Positions 1-9,435 of a stretch of 64,000 nt of DNA are shown piece by piece (within the stretch, counting starts at the first letter, position 1; every line of letters begins with the position of its first letter). The stretch is taken from the NCBI GenBank assembly GCA_030867685.1, contig JAQOWU010000007.1, positions 868,001 through 932,000 on the forward strand, given 5' to 3'. The notes under the pieces were generated by a model. That model did no database searches. It worked only from the letters and a program-made list of their open reading frames with translations, and was not told where the DNA came from. Source of the stretch: Wickerhamiella versatilis (taxonomy: Eukaryota). Position numbers and translations under genes: made by a program.

Positions 1-339
1 AGTGATTTCCTCGGTATGTGACAGGTCATGAGCCTCCCGACTTAATTCAATGGGCACTGCCTTACCTTCAACCTCAATCATGGGCTTGTTTTGCTGAAGC
101 GATTGAGGAGGAGGTTGCGGCTGGGATTGCGAGCTTCCTGGCGAGGATGAAGCTGGTTCAAGAGTCGTTTTTACAAAGTCACGATTGAGACTGCATTGGA
201 CAGCCACGCGTTTTAGACGATGGGCCTCTGCAAGAGATGTCGGTGCTGGTACCCCATCAGCACCCTCTATCTTGACATCTAACGATGGCTTGTAAGAAAA
301 ATCACGAAGACTCTGTGCCGCAGCTCCACCCTTTGCCAT
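1..339 (-). CDS. 5' part of a gene running off the left edge; possibly the N-terminus of a fungal pantothenate kinase (tentative)
   Basis: ATG at 339 opens a stop-free 113-codon frame to base 1 (MAKGGAAAQSLRDFSYKPSLDVKIEGADG...HDLSHTEEIT), divergent from OGG1. The product guess rests on weak resemblance only. Confidence 0.55.
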   Translation of the reverse strand, partial: MAKGGAAAQSLRDFSYKPSLDVKIEGADGVPAPTSLAEAHRLKRVAVQCSLNRDFVKTTLEPASSSPGSSQSQPQPPPQSLQQNKPMIEVEGKAVPIELSREAHDLSHTEEIT

Positions 340-434
340 ATTACGTCTTATTAGGGTGAGTGTGAATCGCCTCACTTTCGGAAAATGTATGGATTAATAA
401 CAGTCGCGTATATAACAATTTAACCATTAACGCC

Positions 435-1400
435 ATGCTTAAATGGTATCGCGTTCCTTGTGATCCACACCAAATATATTTGCCAGCGGTACTTAGGTGT
501 GGCCAGAGTTTTCGATGGCGTCGTAATGATATCGAAGGGGGAACATGGAGCATTACCTTGGACTCACGCGTCGTCCTACTGAAACAGGACGCGAAGAATC
601 TGTATTTCTCCAGTATTCCGGAACTTGCGTCGACTCCTGACCTGGTGAAGGACTATCTAAACCTTTCTGTGGACCTCAAGAAGCTGTGGAATGACTGGTC
701 ATCTCGTGACAAACGGTTTGGCGAACCACGCCTGACTGGTGTGAGAATCCTCCGGCAGGATCCCTGGGAGACTCTCATTGCATTTATCTGCAGTTCTAAC
801 AACAACATCAAAAGAATTTCGAAGATGGTGCATTCCCTTTGTCAAGAATATGGCCCCTATATTGCCGAATGGGAGGGTGAACGCTACTACGGTTTCCCAA
901 GCCCGGCAGATCTGTTGAAACCAGAGGTTGAACAACGATTAAGGTCGCTTGGGTTTGGCTACCGGGCAAAATATATTGTACAAACTGCCAAACATATTGC
1001 GTCGATGTCCGATGGACTTACCTATCTGCATAGCTTGCGGGATGTTCCTTATGAGGAGGCTCATGCAGCTCTCACTAAATTTTCGGGTGTTGGACCAAAA
1101 GTTGCTGACTGCGTGTGCCTTATGAGCCTCGATAAACATGATGTTGTACCCGTGGATACACATATTTGGCAGATAGCTCAGCGAGACTATAAAATGCGGA
1201 TAAAAACCCAAAATGCTCGAGAATATCAACAGGTTCAGGATGCATTTAGGCGCCTATGGGGGCCACATGCCGGATGGGCCCACTCAGTGCTTTTTGCAGG
1301 TGACTTGCCAGCACTTGAGGCAATTGAGCCCCTTGTTGTCAAAAGCGAGATTGAGGAGGCTGCTGGCCCGCAAATCAAGTCCGAAGGGATTGCGGCGTAG
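435..1400 (+). CDS. OGG1: 8-oxoguanine DNA glycosylase/AP lyase
   Basis: LRCGQSFRW, RQDPWETLIAFICSSNNNI, HhH-GPD motif GVGPKVADCVCLMSLD...VPVDTH, GWAHSVLF. Confidence 0.96.
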   Translation: MLKWYRVPCDPHQIYLPAVLRCGQSFRWRRNDIEGGTWSITLDSRVVLLKQDAKNLYFSSIPELASTPDLVKDYLNLSVDLKKLWNDWSSRDKRFGEPRLTGVRILRQDPWETLIAFICSSNNNIKRISKMVHSLCQEYGPYIAEWEGERYYGFPSPADLLKPEVEQRLRSLGFGYRAKYIVQTAKHIASMSDGLTYLHSLRDVPYEEAHAALTKFSGVGPKVADCVCLMSLDKHDVVPVDTHIWQIAQRDYKMRIKTQNAREYQQVQDAFRRLWGPHAGWAHSVLFAGDLPALEAIEPLVVKSEIEEAAGPQIKSEGIAA

Positions 1401-1639
1401 TCTACTCCGAGATTTAGATACATGTACTCTAACTTATTCCATAGTTATTTTCATATAGATCAATCCATGCATATCGGAGGAAAATGCCGCAAGCAACACA
1501 TCAGTAATATTTATCGTCGGTCAATTTCTTTGACGAAGTACTAAATAAATTGTTTCCTACTCTATTTTATGTCTGTTCTCATCGTCATCATCACACCATT
1601 TCACTTTACCATCTCAGATTACTTGATTAGTCACCGTAC

Positions 1640-2974
1640 ATGACGCTGGTGTTCAAGGACCCGCAGGTTCTAGTGGTGTCTCCCGGGAGTGACATTACTT
1701 ATGCCCAAATGGGTCTTCTTGAGGCCCTTCTTCCAGCCACGGTAGAGATACCTACATTGGTATACAGGAGTGGTGACAAGTTTGCGGGGAAGGGTGAAGA
1801 GTCAGATGCCGTTAGGCCCATCCAATCCGGAAAAATAGTGGATGAAAGTGCCTTCCATTACTTTCTAAAAGCCCTGTACCGTACATTGTCACGAAATGCT
1901 CCTCTACCCCCAGCCCTCTTTCTCACCACTAGTCTCCAATGGAACAGACGACAAATCGAGCGTCTTGTACGCTATCTTTTTGAGGAAGTTGGCGTACCAG
2001 CCCTACATCTCTGTATACATGGTGTCACCACAGCATATGCGTATGCCCTGACTGACTGCTTGGTCGTTGATATTGGCCTTAATAAAACTGAGGTGACTTC
2101 AGTCCGTTCATTTGAAGCTGATACATTCGCTAGCCGTGTTGCGCCGCTGGGAGGTGCCTCGGTTAATGCGCAGCTTTCTGAGAAGCTTCCTCAATTCGAT
2201 AACGAATTGATCGAGGATCTCAAACTGTCGGGAATTGTTGCAGTCAGTGGACCTGAGGTTGATGAGCAGCTGGAGAAGGTCGCAGAGAACGAAGATGGGA
2301 TGATTGATATTGCCGCAATTGTTGCCAGTGGTCGGACTAGAGAGATTTTGGAAGAGCGTGAGCGCGCAAAACAGGGAGAGGCTGTCGAGGTCCCAAATCA
2401 TGACCGAGAAACTAATAGCTTTGTTGATCGCCACGGTCAGCAGCATACGGTTGGTCGGGAACGTTTTGTCGATGGTAAGCCTCTTATATCCTCTATTGTA
2501 GACACAGTCGCCACAGTCTTGAGTGGACTCAAACCTCGTCAGCAGCAGCATGCCATGTCGACTTTAGTGATCACTGGCCGTGCAGCGTCCCTACCCGGAC
2601 TGGTGGCAGGCCTTACCTCTGAACTCGAGTCGCACCTGGTGGTTAAACCTGGAATTGGCGATACAAGTGCGAAAGTGGGCAACTTGGTCCAGAGCGCCGC
2701 GGCTGGTCCTGGTACCGCTAATGGCCATCCTCACCAAACACCAGACGACAATGATTCTATACCACAAGCGCCACACTCGATAAATGTGGCCCACATGGGA
2801 GATCATTTTCCAGAATGGAAAGGACGGGCATGGGAACGGGTTTCGTTCCTTGGTGCCCAAATTGGTGCAAAGCAGGTGTTTACCGCAGGCCTTGAGGGGT
2901 TGTTTGTTGCAAGAAGTGACTATAATGAGGCAGGGCCTTCGTGTATATGGGACATATATCCTAACTCAGTGTAA
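1640..2974 (+). CDS. ARP9: actin-related protein, SWI/SNF/RSC subunit (Arp9-like)
   Basis: Actin-fold motifs (PIQSGKIVD, LVVDIG, VGRERF), DIAAIVASGRTREIL insert, C-terminal FLGAQIGAKQVF...YNEAGP. Confidence 0.85.
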   Translation: MTLVFKDPQVLVVSPGSDITYAQMGLLEALLPATVEIPTLVYRSGDKFAGKGEESDAVRPIQSGKIVDESAFHYFLKALYRTLSRNAPLPPALFLTTSLQWNRRQIERLVRYLFEEVGVPALHLCIHGVTTAYAYALTDCLVVDIGLNKTEVTSVRSFEADTFASRVAPLGGASVNAQLSEKLPQFDNELIEDLKLSGIVAVSGPEVDEQLEKVAENEDGMIDIAAIVASGRTREILEERERAKQGEAVEVPNHDRETNSFVDRHGQQHTVGRERFVDGKPLISSIVDTVATVLSGLKPRQQQHAMSTLVITGRAASLPGLVAGLTSELESHLVVKPGIGDTSAKVGNLVQSAAAGPGTANGHPHQTPDDNDSIPQAPHSINVAHMGDHFPEWKGRAWERVSFLGAQIGAKQVFTAGLEGLFVARSDYNEAGPSCIWDIYPNSV

Positions 2975-3067
2975 TTTTAGTCTTTTGCTTAAAAAATTAA
3001 ATAAAGCTCATCTGGAATAGACAGCCATACGCCCTAACCCATAAACTTTCACGAGATACATGCATTA

Positions 3068-5440
3068 ATGAATTTGCCTGATCTCGCTGCGGCCGTAAAG
3101 GACCTGCAGTTAGAGGTCTCTGAGTTACGTTCCGAAGTGAGCGAGCTCCGAGGGCTCGAACCGCATTCGAGCCCCAGTGACTCTAGCTTATTGCGGCGAG
3201 TCGGCACTCGGATGCATCGGATGCTGGATTCGGCATCCTCCAATACACCTTCAATGCATCGTAGGCTAGATTCGGCATCCAGTACACCTTCAAGTTCCCC
3301 GACCCAAGCTCCAGGGCCGTTGACTATCAGGAGAAACTCGAGTCTGAGTCGGTTAGCTCCATTTGACGATGAGGTCGTCGAAATTCCAGAATCTCTACGT
3401 AAAGGAATGCCTTTCCTCAAGGTGACACACAGAAAAAGAGTACCGCGTAAGCTCTACTTAGATGAGGAAGCTGGTGAGCTACGCTGGTCCTCGAAGTCGT
3501 CAGCCAAACTTCTCGTGGATAACATAGTTGAAATACGCGGTGGGGCTGATGCACGAACTTATCGCGAAGAACTAAGAGTGAGTAGTGATCTTGAGTCGCG
3601 TTGGATCACAATTGTTCATCGTCATGTTCATGCTGGTTTCCGGCTGCGAGTGCTTCACCTCGTCGTGGGGTCGCAGTCTGATTTCGACGAACTATTCATA
3701 TGCCTATTACGTCTTGTAAAGTACCGACGTGAGCTTATGAGCGGCCTCGGGATGGCTGGTCCAAGGTTTATAGATACCCATTGGGAGCGCTCGGCGTCTA
3801 ATCAATCGCCAAATGCTCGTCTGTCCTTTGAACAGGTGGTTCGATTTGCTCGCCAATTGCATGTACATTGTGAGGAGGAATATCTCAAACGATTATTTTA
3901 TCAGGCAGATCTTGACAGAGATGATGCACTTTCGTTTATTGAATTCAAAACCTTTGTCTATCTTCTAAAACAACGCTCGGACATATCATCTTTGTACCAG
4001 GAATTCAATGGCGATTGGGGCTTGCTATGTCGAGATATACAGGGCGAGACAGATGCAAAAGTGGGTAATATTGTGAGTGAGGATCGTTTTGGAGAGCTGC
4101 TTCTTGCCCAGCCGACTCATCAAGATCCAGAGGAAGAACAAGATTTGACCAGACCTCTCAATGAGTATTTTATCTCCTCCTCCCACAACACGTATCTTGT
4201 AGGGCGTCAGGTTGTTGATTCTTCCAGTATCGAGACATGTGTGAGAGCCCTCCAAGATGGTTGTCGTTGCATAGAGCTTGATTGCTGGGATGGACCTACC
4301 GAGCCTTTAGTCTACCATGGTCATGGTCTCACTAGGCTTACGGGCTCGCTTGTCTTCCGTGACGTTATAATGGCTGTTCTCAAATATGGGTTCATTTCGT
4401 CAGCTTACCCTCTCATTATCTCTTTAGAAGTTCGTTGTGGAGATGCATGTCAGCTCCGTATTCGCAAAATACTTGAGGAGGTGCTAGGTGATCACCTTGT
4501 AACAGCACCCATCGATGATCGGAAGAACAACACTCTCCCAAGTCCTTCTGAATTAAAACATAGGGTTTTGATTAAAGTCAAATCGACGGAGGATTCAGCT
4601 GGGCTAGAAGATATCAATGTGAGCGATGAAAGCACAGGTTCCTCCAATAGTCTTTCCCCACAGGTTTCGCCGAAAAAGACGCATATTATACCTGAACTTG
4701 CTGAACTGGGAGTATACCTTTCAGGGCGGCGCTTCAAGACCTTCAATGACTCTTATCGTTTGAATACATGTTTTTCATTCTCCGAGCGAACTGCAAGGCG
4801 ACTCAATAGTGAGCAACTGAAACGTCTCACTGAGTTATACATGGTGCGTGTTTATCCTGCAGCATACCGCTTGAACTCGTCGAATTTTGATCCCGGGCCT
4901 TTTTGGCGCCTTGGATTGCAGATGGTTGCCCTCAACTGGCAACGGAGTGATGATGGCATAGCTCTAAATCGTGCATACTTCAGTCCCAAAGTCGGATATG
5001 TTCTGAAACCGTACTGGTTGCGTCCTAATGGGCCGGATCCACCAAATGCAGTCATAAAAAGAGTTTCTGTAACCATCATATCGGCACAACAACTGCCACG
5101 ACCAAGGGAGCTACGAACATCTGAAACCTTTGCCCCATATGTCACAGTATACGCTCTAGGGCTAAGTGATGGTGGCCTTATTCCACAGTGGCGTACCAAT
5201 GCGATACCAAAAAATGGCTTTAATCCAAGATGGGACGCCAAGATTGAGTTCACCTGCTCAGAAAGCGATCTAAATTTTGCATGTTTGAAGTTCGTCATAT
5301 CATCAGGAGATATCTCCTTTGCATTTTATACTACGCGCATAGCAACACTCTTGCCTGGATACCGCCATTTACAACTCCAAGACAGCCGTGGAGAGGATTA
5401 TATTTTCTCCACGCTATTCATTCGAAATGAGATAACGTAG
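3068..5440 (+). CDS. PLC1: phosphoinositide-specific phospholipase C
   Basis: PH and EF-hand region, X-box YFISSSHNTYL...GCRCIELDCWDG, Y-box RVYP...SSNFDP...QMVALNWQ, C2 domain. Confidence 0.95.
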   Translation: MNLPDLAAAVKDLQLEVSELRSEVSELRGLEPHSSPSDSSLLRRVGTRMHRMLDSASSNTPSMHRRLDSASSTPSSSPTQAPGPLTIRRNSSLSRLAPFDDEVVEIPESLRKGMPFLKVTHRKRVPRKLYLDEEAGELRWSSKSSAKLLVDNIVEIRGGADARTYREELRVSSDLESRWITIVHRHVHAGFRLRVLHLVVGSQSDFDELFICLLRLVKYRRELMSGLGMAGPRFIDTHWERSASNQSPNARLSFEQVVRFARQLHVHCEEEYLKRLFYQADLDRDDALSFIEFKTFVYLLKQRSDISSLYQEFNGDWGLLCRDIQGETDAKVGNIVSEDRFGELLLAQPTHQDPEEEQDLTRPLNEYFISSSHNTYLVGRQVVDSSSIETCVRALQDGCRCIELDCWDGPTEPLVYHGHGLTRLTGSLVFRDVIMAVLKYGFISSAYPLIISLEVRCGDACQLRIRKILEEVLGDHLVTAPIDDRKNNTLPSPSELKHRVLIKVKSTEDSAGLEDINVSDESTGSSNSLSPQVSPKKTHIIPELAELGVYLSGRRFKTFNDSYRLNTCFSFSERTARRLNSEQLKRLTELYMVRVYPAAYRLNSSNFDPGPFWRLGLQMVALNWQRSDDGIALNRAYFSPKVGYVLKPYWLRPNGPDPPNAVIKRVSVTIISAQQLPRPRELRTSETFAPYVTVYALGLSDGGLIPQWRTNAIPKNGFNPRWDAKIEFTCSESDLNFACLKFVISSGDISFAFYTTRIATLLPGYRHLQLQDSRGEDYIFSTLFIRNEIT
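3212..3292 (+). repeat. imperfect tandem duplication (42 + 39 bp) in the PLC1 N-terminus
   Basis: atgcatcggatgctggattcggcatcctccaatacaccttca followed by atgcatcgtaggctagattcggcatccagtacaccttca. Confidence 0.85.
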
Positions 5441-5483
5441 TGCTTATGATTTATATTTCCAATTCTATCTATATATGACAAAT

Positions 5484-6548
5484 TTATAGCTTTGAAGGCA
5501 ACCAGTCAATATAGCCGGTCCTTCCACCCTTGTACCATATTTTGCTTGTGTTTGGAGTTAACTCAATGCTATTCTTGAGACGTTTGACAAGGTCCGGGTT
5601 TGAGATAAACGGTCTTCCGAAGGCAATCCCGTCCGCCTCTCCTGTCTCGACGACTTTCATGGCCATATCACGAGAATAGTCCTGGTTCAGGATTAGAGGC
5701 CTGCTAAATACCTCGCGGATTTCCTTGTGCAGTTTTGGCTGAGTGGTTTTGCCAAATGTTCCATTCACACCGGGTTCACGTAGCTCGAGCCAAGCTACGC
5801 CTGCCTCTTGTAGGAATTTTGCTGCCGGAACAAAGACTTTTTCAGGATGTTCTGAATACGTTTTCTGTGTGTCACCATTTGGTGATAGTCTCACACCAAC
5901 CTGAGCAGCACCAATAGAGTTTATTAGTTCCAACGTCACTTCCCGCAAGAACTTAAGCCGGTCCGTGCCGTACACATCGGTGCGATGATTCGTGGAATCC
6001 TTCATAAATTCATCCACAAGGTATCCATTAGCAGCATGGAGCTGAATTCCATCGAATCCAGCCCTGATAGCATTTTTTGCCGCCTTACCATAATCCTCTA
6101 CGACACGCTGAATCTCCGCGTGCGTAAGTGCTTTCGGTGTTTCGGCTGGAAGCTTACCATCATATGTATGGAACAATCCGCCATGACTTATGGCACTGGG
6201 TGCCACAATTTGCCTTCCCGATACGTTTGAATGGGCCATGCGGCCCATATGCCAAAGTTGAGCTACAATCTTACCCCCATTTGCATGAACTGCCTTTGTC
6301 ACCTTCTGCCAACCTGCAACTTGTTCATCATTCCACAGTCCAGGTGTGAAAGGCCAGCCATGACCTTCATTACTTATAGCGGTAGCCTCACTTATGATCA
6401 GACCAGCACTTGACCTCTGGACATAGTACTTAACCATATCATCCGTCGGAACTCCATCTCTTCCTGCTCGTCCTCTCGTTAGAGGTGCCATAAATATACG
6501 ATTGGCACATTCAATAGAGCCTAATTTAATGGGTTCGAATAGAGACAT
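5484..6548 (-). CDS. Old Yellow Enzyme family FMN-dependent ene-reductase, bacterial (NCR/NemA-like) type, with C-terminal SKL
   Basis: True start is probably ATG 6548 (MSLFEPIKLG). Motifs NRIFMAPLTRGRA, GLIISEAT, QLWHMGR, GFDGIQLHAANGYL, FGRPFISNPDL; 354 aa. Confidence 0.95.
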   Translation of the reverse strand: MSLFEPIKLGSIECANRIFMAPLTRGRAGRDGVPTDDMVKYYVQRSSAGLIISEATAISNEGHGWPFTPGLWNDEQVAGWQKVTKAVHANGGKIVAQLWHMGRMAHSNVSGRQIVAPSAISHGGLFHTYDGKLPAETPKALTHAEIQRVVEDYGKAAKNAIRAGFDGIQLHAANGYLVDEFMKDSTNHRTDVYGTDRLKFLREVTLELINSIGAAQVGVRLSPNGDTQKTYSEHPEKVFVPAAKFLQEAGVAWLELREPGVNGTFGKTTQPKLHKEIREVFSRPLILNQDYSRDMAMKVVETGEADGIAFGRPFISNPDLVKRLKNSIELTPNTSKIWYKGGRTGYIDWLPSKL

Positions 6549-6610
6549 CGGTAGGTCGGAGAGGTTTCCCCACTTTTTAGAATTGATTATGTTAGCGACT
6601 GATCTATAAA

Positions 6611-7936
6611 TTAAGCTTGCATTCCTTGCTCGGGCACACGGGGTGAGCCGGCCAGCAGCTCTCGTCTTATCTCCTGGGATATCTGAGGGTGCTGCTGGAG
6701 GCGGCAAACTGCCAAAAGTGCATCTCGTTGATCGTCAGTGATATCATTTTTGTAGCGCTGGGCAAACGTTAGGAAGCTCTGATGCCAAATTACAGGCAGG
6801 GCACGGTCGTGCTCGCGAAATCGTACAAAGTGGAAGACCATGGCATCAACAACCTTGAATGGTAATGCATACTTTTTGTCAAGCAAAACACGTATGAAAA
6901 GAGAATGGGGTCCACTGTAGTCCTCTATTTCTGCAATGTGCAACAGGGCAGCGGCTGAATGCAATGCAGGGATACTTACCCGAGCGAGTATAGAACCGGC
7001 CACAACGGCCTCTCGCAGGGTGCATCCTCCACCCTCTTCCAGTAAGGGGAACAAAAAGCCCTTGAAGAACGCGGCTGGCTTGTACAGGGCCTTTTTCAAC
7101 GCACGGTAGACGTGATAATTCACAGCGTGCTCGGGCCCCCTCACCTGTTCGTGGAATCTATCTAATAATACTTCCTCGATGAATCGATGTGCCTGATTAG
7201 AAGGAAGATTGGAAACGAATAGTTTTGTAGCTTCATAGACGGCCTGGTTTGACCACGACTCGGGACCGGTAACATAAAGTACGTCACGCCAGTTCCTTAG
7301 GCTAGGAACGATCTTGAAGGCTCGAGGTAGACGGCCACTACGATATCGGCTCAGCAGCTCACCTACCTGCGTATAAACATCAATAACTTTAGGCGGAAGC
7401 CGCACACCACCGCTTTCAGCCCCCGGTGGCTGCCAAACGCCAGCCTTCTTGGCCTTGTGCTCAGCGATTTTGGCCATGATCCGATCTGCCAGATTGATGG
7501 GCTCACCGTCCTCGTTTAGTCCCCCTGCGTACCTTTCAAAAACTGCCTCCTCCTCAGGATCGACCTCATAGTGAACGACTTCATCATACTCTTCCTGGTC
7601 TGCTTCAGAGTCGCTTTCTCCCTCTGTAACCCATTGTTCTTCGTCTTCATCAACAAGCTCCTCCGTCCTGGAAGGCATACGAATTTCATTACGCTCCTGC
7701 TCTGCGGACTCTTCAGCAGCCATTTCATCCTGTTGTGAGCGTGCAAGATCCAGAATTTTTCGTGTTGCCTGCGGCGACACATATTCCTCATCAGCATCGG
7801 CATCGATATCGACATCGTCGGTGTCTACATTTTCATTAGCACGCTTGTGTCTAGGGTGCGAGCGGAGATGCCCTTTACTTTCCTCAATGGACTTATAAAG
7901 GGGATCCTGCTTGCGTGCTTTAACGACTTTGGGCAT
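6611..7936 (-). CDS. ENP1: bystin, 40S biogenesis factor
   Basis: LPPKVIDVYTQVGELLSRYRSGRLPRAFK, ALKKALYKPAAFFKG, LDKKYALP, HPQISQEIRREL. Confidence 0.96.
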   Translation of the reverse strand: MPKVVKARKQDPLYKSIEESKGHLRSHPRHKRANENVDTDDVDIDADADEEYVSPQATRKILDLARSQQDEMAAEESAEQERNEIRMPSRTEELVDEDEEQWVTEGESDSEADQEEYDEVVHYEVDPEEEAVFERYAGGLNEDGEPINLADRIMAKIAEHKAKKAGVWQPPGAESGGVRLPPKVIDVYTQVGELLSRYRSGRLPRAFKIVPSLRNWRDVLYVTGPESWSNQAVYEATKLFVSNLPSNQAHRFIEEVLLDRFHEQVRGPEHAVNYHVYRALKKALYKPAAFFKGFLFPLLEEGGGCTLREAVVAGSILARVSIPALHSAAALLHIAEIEDYSGPHSLFIRVLLDKKYALPFKVVDAMVFHFVRFREHDRALPVIWHQSFLTFAQRYKNDITDDQRDALLAVCRLQQHPQISQEIRRELLAGSPRVPEQGMQA

Positions 7937-7997
7937 GTATGAACTTACTTAATTTTTTTCCACTGTTGAAATTCAGCCAGCTAGCTGAGTCATCCAT

Positions 7998-9356
7998 ATG
8001 TCTTTCAAGCGCGGGCGAGAGGAAGATATCAATCCTCCCAAACGTACACGCCGTGCTCTAAATGATCTTAAATCTTTACCAACAGAGAAGCTTCGCGTCT
8101 TCATGTTTGGTTCGAGCGCGCTGTGTGAGTTGGGACTTGGTCCACGTGTAACGGAAGTCAAGCGACCTCGACTCAACCCATTGCTCCCAGTAGACGATGT
8201 GGGAATAGTGGCAGTGGCAACTGGTGGTGCCCACTCTTTAGCCATTGACCATTTGGGCTCTGTGTGGAGCTGGGGCCAGAATGACTGTGGTGCTTTGGGC
8301 AGACCCACCAAGGAGGGCCCTGATGAAATCGACGAGGATAATGATCTGAATGCCAAGGAATCTACACCTGCGCGTGTACAGGGACTGCCTGAACACTTAA
8401 AGTTTGTTGCCATAGGTGCAACTGATAACTGCAGCGTCGCCATCACTGAACAGGGTCGCGTGTGGGCCTGGGGTACATTCATTGATGATGGAAATAAAGC
8501 TTTTGCCCCGGGTGTCAAATTCCAGCGGGAACCAGTCCAGCTCCAGACTCCCCGCAATGTCATTGCAGTCGCTGCTGGAAGAGATCACTTGCTGTTTGTC
8601 AACACGAATGGCCAAGTGTATGCGTGGGGAGTGGGCTCGAGCAACCAGCTGGGTGTCAGGGTCAATCCTTACCTGCGTACGCATACTGTGGGTCCTGTTC
8701 GTGTACCTATCCTTAAGAACATTATCAATGTATTTGCCGGTGACTACCAGAGTTTTGCATTGGATGCACATGGCAATCTGTGGGCATGGGGGTTGAACAA
8801 CTTTGGCCAGCTTGGTATTCCTGAGCCGGTCGGTGCCAATGTTGTCATTGAAAAGCCCATGCAGGTCCCTCAGTTCTGGCCAGAGGGCCAGCGTATCGTA
8901 CAAGTCGCATCAGGATCGCACCACACTGCGTTCCTTACCTCGGAAGGCGAACTTTGGACGGTTGGTGAGACCAATTTCCACCAGCTCGGTATTCCCTACG
9001 ATGAGTCCCTACCGAAAAACACTGTCCGGGAGCAGGACGGTACTCCATCTTATGTGCCGAATGCGGTGCGCGTTAGAAAAGGGAAGAACGAGGATGATAT
9101 TGTGGACTTGCCACCTATGAAGTTCATCGCTGCAGGAACTGATCACACCGTAGCACTTTCAAAGGTCGATGGGACTGCGTGGACCTGGGGCTTCGGAGAG
9201 ATGTACCAGCTTGGACACGGCAAACCTGCTGGAGAGGATGAGCCAGAGGATGAGCAATACCCTCGTCGCATCAAAAACACTGCCACTACTGATGTTAACA
9301 TGTGTTGGGCAGGTGCAGGAGGCCAGTTTTGTGTTATCGCGGCACACACTGCCTAA
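7998..9356 (+). CDS. SRM1: RCC1-repeat Ran guanine nucleotide exchange factor
   Basis: ELGLGP...VKRPRLNPLL, repeated GxxH...VWSWG.N..G.LG units, C-terminal GAGGQF. Confidence 0.88.
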   Translation: MSFKRGREEDINPPKRTRRALNDLKSLPTEKLRVFMFGSSALCELGLGPRVTEVKRPRLNPLLPVDDVGIVAVATGGAHSLAIDHLGSVWSWGQNDCGALGRPTKEGPDEIDEDNDLNAKESTPARVQGLPEHLKFVAIGATDNCSVAITEQGRVWAWGTFIDDGNKAFAPGVKFQREPVQLQTPRNVIAVAAGRDHLLFVNTNGQVYAWGVGSSNQLGVRVNPYLRTHTVGPVRVPILKNIINVFAGDYQSFALDAHGNLWAWGLNNFGQLGIPEPVGANVVIEKPMQVPQFWPEGQRIVQVASGSHHTAFLTSEGELWTVGETNFHQLGIPYDESLPKNTVREQDGTPSYVPNAVRVRKGKNEDDIVDLPPMKFIAAGTDHTVALSKVDGTAWTWGFGEMYQLGHGKPAGEDEPEDEQYPRRIKNTATTDVNMCWAGAGGQFCVIAAHTA

Positions 9357-9435
9357 ACTAAAATTAAAACCAGCCGCTACATGGCCTTTTATCCTGTATA
9401 TTATCGCTATAAAAAGTTTTTTAAGTTGTTCAAGT

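Noticed and set aside
6549-6707. 53-aa N-terminal extension of the OYE in the ORF track
   Set aside because: Non-ATG start overlapping the ENP1 3' end; family homology begins at ATG 6548
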